Below, in pieces: positions 41,501 through 52,732 of a stretch of 64,000 nucleotides of DNA; within the stretch, counting starts at the first letter, position 1, and each line of letters opens with the position of its first letter. The translations under genes and the position numbers were made by a program. Origin of the DNA: Vicugna vicugna (Eukaryota); NCBI GenBank assembly GCA_013265495.1, contig MU058540.1, forward strand, positions 1,513,696-1,577,695, in the 5' to 3' direction. The notes beneath the pieces were generated by a model. It was not told where the DNA came from. It did no database searches and was given only the letters and a program-made list of their open reading frames with translations.

Positions 41501-42599
41501 TAATAAACAAACAAACAAACAAACAAACCTATTCCCTCCCCCGCCAAAGAAACCCCCATAACCCCTCTCCAAAAAAAGAGAAAAGTGAATGATGGAGGGC
41601 TTGCTCAGTTCTGCCTTTTTGTTACAAGCAAGGATCTTTAAACCTTAGTTTTAAGGTAACTTTGGGACCTGGATGGCGATGATTGAAGAGCTAGCAGGTT
41701 CCTGATGGAGCAGTCGGAGCTGACAGACCTGTGCTCCCAACTGCTTTAACTCATATTAGTATTTCCTCTTTCCCAACTCCTGTTGGTTCATTCCGGTCAC
41801 TTTGCTATTGTGTAGAGCCTTATATGACCACATATTACCTTCATCTTGTCATCAGGTTACACCAAAAAATCCTTGTTTGGCCAGGTGCCAAGAGCACCAT
41901 AAATGGGAGTTTGAGGTCTGCCACTGATTTGGCTTGTAATTTGGGACAAATAATTTGTTTTTGGATTTTAGTGTCACCTCTTTTATAATAGAGTGATGAT
42001 TTTTTTGTCTTGTGGGGCAATTTGAAGATAAGTATGAAAATTACACCTTCTAGATTTTCCAAATCTGTTTCACTTTCCATCATTTTATTCATTGTTAAGT
42101 GCAAGTATATAATTTTTGTTTTAGGAAATGAGGTACAAATGTAACAAAGAGGTGTAATTGCTTTTAGCTCTTTGTTTGGAAGGTGCTGTAGGAATCCAAG
42201 CCTAGTGGAGGATGGGGAGACCAGGAAGTACCTCGAGCTCCTTACCCTGTCATCAACTTCCTTGACTAACAATGAACAAAAAACCTAGCTCTCAGAGTAT
42301 GCATATCCTCTCTTTTCACTTAACATTTATCATAAGGTTTTAAGCATAATACCTACATGTTTATTAAAGTGACTCATAACACATCTATACAACCATTTAT
42401 TATTAACGTTTTGGGGTTTTTGGTCTTTTCCTTGTGCATAGGCTCCTTCCCCTCTTTAAAAAAAATTATAAAAACAGTACTACATAAATGCATTCTCACT
42501 GTAAGTGTTTTAAATAGTGTGGTTGAGTACCGGACAGAACATAAAAGTCCCCCTTCACCATTTTGCACATGCTTCCACAGGTGTGTATGTGTGTGTACT

Positions 42600-44130
42600 T
42601 GTAACACTAGGGCTCATATTTCGTATATTATACAATGACTTCTTTTTTTCACTAAGCCATAGCACAACATGTCTTGGGAAATCTTTTCATGTCAGGACAC
42701 ATAGGTCCAACTTGTTCTCTTTTCTTTCATTTGTTGTTGTTAACAGTTATGTAATAATTCATTTTATGGGTGTACCTGATATTTAACTGCCTACCTATTG
42801 GTGGACATTAAGTTTTTAGTTTCTACTCTTAGAGTGAAGCAGTTCTGTACAAGTATGTACCTTTGTGCACATGTACAAGTGTTTCTGTTGGATAATTGCC
42901 TGAAAGTGGAAATGCTGGGTCAAAGTGAATGCCTATTTTTGGTTTTGGTGGATGTTGCCAAATTGTCTTCCTAGGGAAATTTGCCTATTTAAACTCATAC
43001 CAGTGGTATTTGAGAGTACTTGTTTCCCTGATCTTTACAAACACTTTATAGCGTCATTATTTTCATTTTTTGTCAGTCTGATAGGTGAAAAGTGGTATGT
43101 GATTATTTTAACTTGCATTCTTCTAGGTTGTGTTTCTGTAGATCTGACTTTGTCTGATTTCTGCCTTTTAGGAATCTCTCAACATTGCTAGTCACCTGAT
43201 AACACTTTTTCTTGTTTTCTTAGGCTGAATCAATCAGTCTTGTCTGTCTGTCTGTCTATTTTCTATCAGCTCTCTGTGGTGTAGGGTGGGATTCTTTTAC
43301 TTCACAGAATTTTCGACAGGAGATGGAATAAACTTGTGCGCTCAGTCCGCTATCCTGATAAGTGTGTCTCATATATTTTTCTCTACAATATTTATAGTTT
43401 TTTTTTTCTCTTTAGCATGGTATTGTAATTTCTAGTCTGTTTTATCACAAAGTGGTATAAATGGTATGTAACATTCTATGTGTCTGTACCTTAGTTATCA
43501 TAATCATTTCTCTATTGATGGACTTTTGGGCTATTTCCAGAATTTTATTGTTATAAATAATGCTGCTTCTAACATCTGAATATGAAGGCTCTGGGCCCAG
43601 ATGGTTTTACTGGTGATTCTTTATAATTTTAGTGTTCTATATCAGTGATTCCTGAATATGGAATTAGGTAGTTAGCTGCCCAGGTGATCTGTTACTTAAA
43701 CCTAACACTAATATCACCCCAATAACAATAGCACAAAAAGCAAAAACTTTAGACCAGCCTCACTTATGAATGCAGGTGTGAAAATCCTAAGTAAAATTCT
43801 GTCAAGTAGAATTCATTGACATGGCCATAGTAGATAATGGTCAGATAAGGCTTATTCCAGGAATGAAAGAATGGCTCAGTGTTAAGGAAGCTATTGGTAA
43901 CATTTAGTTGGTTTGGTATGGAAAACTATGATTTTATCCATAAATGCAAAAAATGTATTTAAACAGTATTTCTAATACATTTTAAAAGAAATACTACAGA
44001 TTGTCTGCCTCAGACTGCCAACAACATTAGAGTCATTCTCATCAAAGCAAGGACAAAACAAGGCTGGCTCTACTACTTATCTTAGAAGCTCTGGCCAGTG
44101 TAGTAAGGTATGATACAGAAATCAGAATTA
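42600..44130. mobile_element. Ancient L1 fragments: minus-strand 3' ends (about 42600-43130, 43440-43580) and plus-strand ORF2 remnant (about 43585-44130)
   Basis: ggcccagatggttttactggtgattc, aaaatcctaagtaaaattctgtcaagtagaattca, ttattccaggaatgaaagaatggctcag resemble ORF2. Confidence 0.6.
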
Positions 44131-44777
44131 AGGCTTTGAGGATTAAATGAATTGACATTTCAGTGTTCCTAGTATGGTGTTTCTGCTTCGAATAAGGCAC
44201 TCAAATGATAGATTCTGTTGTTATTCTTTTCTTAACGATAAGACATATTCACAAAGGAAAAGCAAAATTGTTTCTTGCATCTTAACACCTGTATCCTGGT
44301 GCTTTTATGAATGTGGGTTCTTTGATCCTAGTTGAATTGCCCTGATTATCTGGTCTATGCTGAGGTTTCTCTTAAGCCTTCGGTCACCAGCATTAGAAGT
44401 GGATGCTCAGTATATATAATTGGCTGAGTGGTTTGGTTCAGTGTTATTTTTGGTGACCTTTCAGTGAGCTGTTCTTACAATCCTAGAAATATTCAGAAGC
44501 ATGAGTCTCAGACTGAGTGAATAATGCAGTTACCAGTGAGGAGAAGGGTGCAGAAAAACAAGCTATGAAATGATAATGTCTTGACACTTGACTCCTTGTT
44601 CAGCAAACCATTGTGTGCCTACAGTGCTGTGCATTTCTGTAGTGAATAGCTGCTATCCTTTAGCAGAAGACATGTGTAAGTAACCAGTTTGCTTAAACAC
44701 CACACAGAATTCTTTTCCAAGTAGCTGGCTGTCTCAAAATTTGGTTTATGACTTCAGTATTTTTTTTTTCCCTATAG

Positions 44778-44858
44778 CATCTGGAGAGGGCCAAATGTGA
44801 ACTGTGTTGACAGTACTGGGTATACACCTCTGCACCATGCTGCTTTGAACGGCCATAA
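44778..44858 (+). CDS. ANKS1A: ANKS1A exon 2 (81 nt): (S)[26 protein letters not shown](K), ankyrin repeat
   Basis: Acceptor tttttttttccctatag, donor AA|gtaagt. TPLH ankyrin motif. Missed by the ORF track. Confidence 0.96.
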
Positions 44859-45480
44859 GTAAGTATTAATGTGCTACATTCCTGCCCCACTCTTCAGAAC
44901 CCAGGCCTTTGGGTTGCCTTTTTTTTTTTTTTTTGCTTCTTGTAAAGGTATACTAAGCAGGGATGCTGAAGAACAGAGAAAAATAAACTTAGTCTATCCA
45001 GAATGCTTGAGTTTCTCTTTAGTGTATAATTTAAATGTCCTTCCCCACCCCAGCCACAAAAAACCTTTAACCAGAGGTTAAGTTTTACCTTTTCTTTTGC
45101 TTGTTCTTCTCCCCTCTGAAGTGGGGCAGTGCCATGCAGTGATCTGAATATGAAGATCATATTTGGGGTGGCCAGATTGTAAAGGGGCTGGATAATCTAG
45201 TAGGTAACCAGGCCCTTTATAAACTGAAACTGGATCGAGCAGTCATGGGAAACTTTCTTTCTGTTAAAGTAGCTATTTACTTCTACTTGCCACTCTTTCC
45301 TCATAAAATTAACCTTGTAGACCACAAGAACCATTATAAGGGGAAAAATATATAAATCATATGGCCTATCTAATTCTCTTAAGCATAGAGAGATTTTTAG
45401 GATTTGGGTGGGATTTGCAGGGAAAGTTTTCTGGAGAAGGTGTGCTTTGGCGGAGGGTTGAGAGAAGACGCAGGTTTAAG

Positions 45481-45520
45481 GGCACTGCCCTTCAAGTGAG
45501 GGCACTGCCCTTCAAGTGAG
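45481..45520. repeat. Perfect 20-bp tandem duplication
   Basis: ggcactgcccttcaagtgag x2. Confidence 0.95.
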
Positions 45521-46631
45521 GGAGACTGTGACGGCTGAGAGAAGCAGGCAGAGCCATGGAGTGCAGTGGGTGGATTTGCCAGGAAGGCTGGGAACCAGAG
45601 TGTAACAGAATAGAGGGTGTTAAGGAGGGTTTGAGGCATAATAATAAAGGAGATAAGCAGTAGAAGTGTAGTTTTTATGAAGAAAGATGATTGGAACCAC
45701 TTAGATTTTTCTGAGCAGGGAGCAGGGCCCTCACTACCTTGGGGTGTCCTGTACACTTGTCCAATATTTGACCCAACCTGATTGACTCCGATGTGCCAGA
45801 AAGAAGTGATGGCTGTTTCCTTCTACTTTAAACTTTCCTAAGATATACTGGATGTGATCATTTTCTGCAATGTGGCCTTTTCTATAACCATCTTAGACAA
45901 AGCTAACAAAATATCTGTAGAGACTACCCCCCTTAAATAGTGGGGTAACCTGAATTACAGTGAATCTCAGACTTAAATGACTATAGCTTGTTAGCCAAGT
46001 TCATCTCCAGATGCTGTTTTTATTTACATTGGGGATTTTCTTTGACCTCACATGCGTGGGGATAATTATACATTTGTATCCGCTTAATTAGTGGTGTCAC
46101 CAAGAAGAAAGCCAAGTCCTTCTTTCTGAATGTATCAAGTGATACCATATGTGTCTGGCTTATGTTTGCAACAACCTTAATTCTGTTCTGCTTGTCCGCT
46201 TCCAGCTCCCACATCACTAGATGCTCTGAATAATGTGGTGAATAATGATATTTGTTTTGCATGACTACCTTTATGTAAATTCTATCCCCAGTGCTGTTTC
46301 AGCATCACAAACAAGGAAACATTGCAAGGTTTAGTCAAGGGGACCAGACAGTTTCAAAATAATGGAAAATAGGTGGATTATCTAGAAAATCTAGATAAAC
46401 TGGGAGGCGATGAGTCAGTGTTGTGAGGCTCAAGATGGCTCAGCCGCGTCTCTGCAGCTGTACAAGTAGTTCATGGGATAAAAGGAAGATTGGGTGATGA
46501 GCTCAGGTAGAGATAGGTGAGCCAGGTGAGATGAGCCCTGTGGAAGGGCTTTGTGCCGTTCACATGTAAAGAGCTGTTAGTAGGCAAGACTTTTGAGTTC
46601 TGCAAAGTCATGATTGATTTTTGCCTTCTAG

Positions 46632-46788
46632 GGATGTGGTCGAGGTTCTTCTGAGGAACGACGCGCTGACCAACGTGGCTGATTCTAAAGGCTGTTACCC
46701 TCTGCACTTGGCAGCCTGGAAAGGAGATGCCCAGATAGTGCGGTTGCTTATCCATCAAGGGCCCTCACACACCAAAGTCAATGAACAG
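46632..46788 (+). CDS. ANKS1A: ANKS1A exon 3 (157 nt): [52 protein letters not shown]
   Basis: Acceptor ttttgccttctag, donor CAG|gtcaga. Phase matches exon 2. Within ORF 46621..46953. Confidence 0.97.
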
Positions 46789-48652
46789 GTCAGAAGGAAG
46801 GGAGGCTTTCTTCCTTTCAGCTACAGCCAGGCCCCATCACTGCCTCAGTCCCGTAGCTCAGATCTCAGGGAACCAGCTCTTCTGTGGCCTCGAGTGATTC
46901 CTCTCTTCTCAGCAGTACTGCTTTCAGTGCATCAGGGAAACCTTAAACCATGAAGCGTGCATTTTATATGCATTTGAATCGTGCAGATAAAGTTATAAAT
47001 CCTCACCTCATGCAAAATTTGAAATAACACAAATTCTGCCAAATTGCTTAGAGTTCATGTGAAACTGGTGGGCTTATGCCATCAACGTTGCAGTGCAGCT
47101 TTAGCTGGTAAACAGAAATACTCCCAGTGTGTGTCAGTGCTGAGTTATCTATACTCTGGTTTTACTTACGTCAGAACTTGTGAAAGTGGAAGTACTCATG
47201 CTGTTGCTGATAAATGAGCTCACAAAAACACAGACGTGGAGGTTGGATGTGACTCGACAGAATGAAGACCATTTCCATGGTGTCCTCTAATGTGAATTTG
47301 AGAGCGACCATGCTTTGGCAAAGCAGAGGGAATTCTTTAAAAAGGCAGCATCTGAGCAAAAAATCCTTACAGTGGCCATGGGTTTAGGTACTCTGAGACT
47401 GTACCTCTTCTTCTTTATATTTATTCCTTCGGAAAAGTTGTATTTGAATTAATGTAATTTCTAGTCAAGCCTCTCATGAAATACAGCTCCCTGTAGTTTG
47501 AATCTGAGAGGGTCCATTTGAGAGGAGGTGGGCATTCCCTGTGTGACAGGCCGTTCTGCTTTCCTCTCTGCTCTGAACTGAAGTAGGTACTTTCCTTAGT
47601 TGCTTGAATGAGAGAGATGCTGCCCTTTCTCCATAAGCCTCAGATTGTTTTCCTAATGACTTTGCTGAGAGGAGCTTTTTAAATTACCTGTAGGATTTGA
47701 TCAGGGTTATTCCTCAAAAAATAGGAAACTACTCTTTTGAGCCCATCTGTCAGCAAGACCATGTGCGTTCTCAGTGAGCTGTTAAAGAGCAGGATTTGGA
47801 TGCAGAGTAGGGCAGCTTCACTGAGAGGTGTGAGGAAGTTAAAGCAGTGCTCCCGGCTCTCTCAGTTTGGAGATTGTATGTATAGCTGTTAATCGGCTTC
47901 CCCTCCCCCTTTCAGGCTATACTTTCTGGATAGCTGAGCAACAGACACTTAAGATCGTCAATGAGGAGATTTGTTTTATAACATTAGGAATGAAAATTGG
48001 TCTCTTTGGAATTGCTTCTTTAGAATCTAAATGCATTTTACTCCTCCTAGCTAAAGTGATGGTAATTTCTCTTATCTAGAGGAAATTTTTAAAGAAGTCT
48101 GCTTTTAACTAATATTCCTCAATGTTAAAATCTAGCCACCCATTAAAGTCCATTTCATTTAAGAAAATTTCAGCCGCCATTTCTAATCCTGTCTTTGCTC
48201 ACTTTTGCCTTGGAACACAGCTGCTTGGATTTTTGAGCCGCTTGAATATGCTAGCTTGTCCTGCTCACAACCACCTCCCGCCTGGAGTATCTGTTGATAG
48301 GTGGGACAGCAGTCCAGTGCTTTGAGTATCTGGCAGGCAGGTAGGAGGTGGGTGGGGCAGGGGCTGGGCAAGACTTCTGCAGTAGCCTGAAGAACCTGAT
48401 GGATCTAGGCAGTAGTCACAAGCACTACATTGATTTATTAAAAACCATTAATGTTGTTTCAGTTGGATGCTTGGATCAGAGTGGGTGATGAGCGCTGTGC
48501 CCTGGAGGTTGTCTTCCCCATTAACTTCTCCTTGAGGCACCCCGAGGGCAGATCCAAGTTGCTCTAGTGTTGGGCCCCCTCGGGGCTGTGCATTGCTTTG
48601 ATATATTTCATCCATTTTACCATCACATTTTCTTTTCCTCTCCTTTTTATAG

Positions 48653-48715
48653 AATGCTCTTGAGATCAAAGAACTCAAAAAGTACGGCCCCTTTGACCCT
48701 TATATCAATGCCAAG
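48653..48715 (+). CDS. ANKS1A: ANKS1A alternative cassette exon '3a' (63 nt, phase 0-0): [21 protein letters not shown]
   Basis: Long polypyrimidine tract ttttcttttcctctcctttttatag, donor AAG|gtgtgt, 21 sense codons in frame between exons 3 and 4. Confidence 0.85.
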
Positions 48716-49532
48716 GTGTGTACTTTGCTGCCAGGATTTCTCTGCATTATGTCTCCAAGCTGCACTTTCTCTTCAGTCCTCTCTGGCTTCCACTCTTATC
48801 CACTCAGGCTCCTCTTCATCTTCCTGACTGTTGTCTGCTTCAGCCCATCTGCTTTTGGCTTGCCTGGGAACGGGAAAATGCCGCTTCAGTGGGTTTGTTT
48901 TTGTTTTTAAAACCCATACCAAAACTGAAGATGTTAGATGCTTTTCCTGAAATGTCTGAAAAGCTTAGAAGTGGCAGAAGTGAGGAAAGAGAAGGGACCA
49001 TATTATATGCATAATTTATTATTACGATTTCTGAAATCATTTAGATTTAAAGAATGTCACGCAAGTTAGCCTACTTTTTAAAAGCGCAGAAAATGATTAA
49101 ATTGTACTTCTTAGAATAAACAGACTCTTTTTTAGTTTGTTTTCTGTATTTCTTATGATGTGAAACTGCCCGTGGTGGACGTATGGGAGAAGGGCATGGG
49201 TGACTCCATTTTACTCTTCAAAGCTGCTGGTGCTGCTCCCCTCTCATTTCCTTGAGTTTGTGCCTGGAGCTTTAAAGCCTCATCCCTTCTCCCCAGCCCT
49301 TAGCTTCTTTCGCTGCTTGGTCACTCTTGGCCCTTGGAGGGGTCAGAAATGGGAAATGAAGTTGCAGGGCCAAGCAGGGCACTTTCCTTGAGTCTCCCTC
49401 CCGTTGAAGCTCATAGGCCTGGGGATGACTACCCAGCTGGCTGCCTTGGGCCTTTCCCACCTCCAAGGTCAGAGCTCGTGGATTGGGCGGTGGTTTTAGC
49501 CTCTCTCCTCTGTGCTCTTACCTGCTGTTTTT

Positions 49533-49790
49533 TTTTAAAAAACCAAAACATTTTTTTTATTGAGTTATAGTCATTATACAATGTTGTGTCAAATTCCAGT
49601 GTAGAGCTCAATTTTTCAGTTATACAGGAACAGACGTGTATTCATTGTCACTTTTTTTTCCACTGTGAGCTACCACAAGATCTTGTGTATATTTCCCTGT
49701 GCTATACAGTATAATCTTGTTTATCTATTCTACATATGCCTGTCAGTATCTACAAATTTTGAACTCCCAGTCTATCCCTTCCCACCCTTC
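49533..49790 (-). mobile_element. Young L1 3'UTR fragment (about 258 bp) with TSD
   Basis: TSD acctgctgttttt at 49520-49532 and 49791-49803; close reverse complement of about 41260-41495. Confidence 0.9.
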
Positions 49791-50712
49791 ACCTGCTGTT
49801 TTTGACTCAGGTTTTCATTCAAATGAGGTTTACTTTTTGGCAACAGTCTGGAGTTTGGAAACAGTCACTGCATTATTCACATCAGCTACCTTTCACTTGC
49901 CCTAAATACAGCATCCACTGGGAAGGGAAACATAAGGTCCTTCTGCATGTTTCAAATACAAGGCAGATACTCCATGTTTTTCTTTGAGAAACACTGATTT
50001 AGCAAATGAAGCTCCTATGGGCTGGACCTTGGCAGGCTCTATGGGAGATTTCCTTCAACTGTTGAGCCCCAGTGATGGAGAAGCAGTTTGATCTGGGGTG
50101 GTGGAACAGGTTAGCTTTTGTTTTTGGCTCACTCTTTGACTTCTGTTTTCTAATCTTCGAAATAGAAAGATATTCTATCTTCTCTTTCGGGGAGCTGTGT
50201 GGCAGAGTGGAAAACTCACAGGTCAAGGTCTTCCGAGACAGACGCAAGTTTGGATTCTGTGCTGCCATTTACTGGTGTTGACTTGAACAAGTTACATAAT
50301 TTCTCTGAGCCTCAGTTTCCTCTTCTGTAAAATGGGGTATTCCATTTACCTTGCTGGATTGTTTTGGAGTTCAAATAAGATAATGTACAGGAAGTAAAAA
50401 TGTCTAGTAATATTTGAGGTCCTAATTTTAAAAGATATATACCATGTGGTATTTCTGAAAGGGCATTCTGGAATTTGATCTTTGTTACTAGTGGGTGAAA
50501 CTTAATGCAACATTGTTCGACTAGTCTCTTCAGGGTTTTGTTTTGTGAGGAGACACCTTGAAGTGATCATTTTCCCACTTGGTGGTTAGTTTCATTAGCT
50601 TATAGAGCTCTGATTAAAGGGTAAGACTTTGGCTCTTAAAAGCACATTTTCCTGTCCCTTGATTTTGCACACAAAGAAGGAGTTTAGCCTAAATGGAGTA
50701 TGGACGTACTTC

Positions 50713-51100
50713 AGAGTCTTCCCTCAGTATTCGTGAGAGTATTGGTTCTAGGACCCCTGTGGATAGCACGCTCAAATCCCTTGTATAAAATGGTATAGTA
50801 TTTGCATATAACCTACTTACATTCTGTCTTATACCTTTTTTTTTTACATTTTTTATTGATTCATAATCATTTTACAGTGTTGTGTCAAATTCCAGTGTTC
50901 AGCCATTCTGTCTTATACCTTAAATCATCTTCAGATTATTTTTAATACCTAGTACAGTATACATGCTATGTAAATAGTTGCCACGTGGCAAATTTATGTT
51001 TTGCTTTTTGGAACTTTCTGGATTTTTCCCCCCAATATTTTTGATCCACAGTTGGTTGACTCTGCGGGGGCAGAACCCGTGGATTCGGAGAGCCAGTTCT
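50713..51100 (+). mobile_element. MER2/MER2B-like MITE carrying a 66-bp L1 tail insertion (50838-50903)
   Basis: ccctcagtattcgtg..attggttctaggacccc..gtatttgcatataacctac. Insertion flanked by 18-bp TSD cattctgtcttatacctt (50820-50837, 50904-50921). Confidence 0.85.
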
Positions 51101-51639
51101 ACTACCCTTTGCCTCCAACCTGCCCATCACGCCCTCAAAGGCCAAATTATGTGAACTTCATTAAAGGATAAAGCTGTTTGGGTTGTGCCAAGAATGCAAC
51201 GTCTTCTTGGGCTGATTCAATTCTAACCTCCCTGGGTTCTGTGCTGACTCAGGGATTTTTATTGACCTGGCGTGTCTAGGAATTGTTTTTGCTAAAGTGC
51301 TTGTGTTTGCTAAGTCCTGTCAGGCACCTGTAGAAATTAAGAAGTTCAGATGCCTTTCCTGGGAGCAGAGATAGTTTTCATGAGATTTTATCTTCTTCAA
51401 CATTTGGAGCCTTTCCTGTTTTAGCAAGTCAGCATAAACCAATCCAAATGTAAGTCATCCTTAGATAAGGTGGAACTACTAAGATTGTTTATTTACCCCC
51501 TTTTAAAACAATTTTATCGTAGTCTGAATATCATAAGATGAGCAGTAGTCAGGTCAGTTTTATGATATATCTACTTTTCTGTACACTTAAAAATAATCTA
51601 CAGTTTTAGATCTAGAAGAGACTTGGAAACTGTCTAGAC

Positions 51640-52732
51640 CAGTTGTCTCCACATACTGGTCAGCTTGTCTGATTGCATGGGAATAACCCAGAAAGCTCCC
51701 CCCCGCCCCATTTATTTAGGAGTTCTTTTTTTTTTTAATTTTATTAAAGTATAGTCAGTTACAATATGTCAATTTCTGGTGTACAGTGTAATGTCCCAGT
51801 CATGCATATATGTATAATATATTCGTTTTCATATTCTTTTTCCTTAAAGGCTATTATTACAAGGTGTTGAATGTAGTTCTTTGTGCTGTACAGAAGAATT
51901 TTGTTTTTTTAATCTATTTTTAACGCAGCAAGCTTTAATAACACTTTTTATTTTGAAAAAACTTCTAACTTACAAAAACTGGCAGGAACAATGCAATGAA
52001 CTGCAGTGTACTGTTCTCCTAGACTCATCACCTGTTCCCCTTTCATCACATTGAGGACACTCACACCATCCCTCTCCCTTTCTCTCTCTCTGTTATATAT
52101 ATGTAATTATTGTTGTAGTCGATGATAAACTATTTGAGATTAAGTCATGAACATCATGACTCTTTAACCCCAGATACTTCAGCAAGGACATTCACTTGGC
52201 ATAACCACAATACAATGATCAAATTCAGAAAATTCAACATTGATACCATACTGTTATGTAGAATCCATGTTCAGATTTCGCCTGTTGTCTCAACAGTGTC
52301 CTTTAGAGCAATTTCTTTTTCTGGTCCAGGACTTGGTTCATAGTCATGCCTAGTCTGGAGCCTTTCTTAGTTGTTCATGACATTGCTATTTTTGAAGCGC
52401 ATAGGCCAGTTGTTTTCAGACTGTCCCTCTGAGTTTGTCTGATAGTTCCTCATGATTAGGTTCAGGTTACATATTTTTGGCATTAATGCTACAAACGTGA
52501 TGTTCTGTCCTTTTAGTGCATTGCATCACAAGGCACATGATGTCAGTTTATTTCATTCTTAATGATGATGAATGATTGCTTGATTAAATTGGTGCCTGCT
52601 AGGTTGGTAACTTTAATACCAGTTTGCCTGAGCTTTATCCTCTGAGGCGCTACCTTGGCAGGTCTGGAGTGGGACTCAGTTACTTTTAAGTTCCCATGTA
52701 ATTCCAGAACGAAGCTGGTTTGAGAACCACTG
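51640..52732. mobile_element. MER5-like hAT MITE split by L1 insertions (younger L1 3'UTR about 51725-51920; old L1 about 51935-52610)
   Basis: Ends cagttgtctcc.. / ..ggtttgagaaccactg; degenerate 8-bp TSD gtctagac / atctaggc. Confidence 0.65.
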
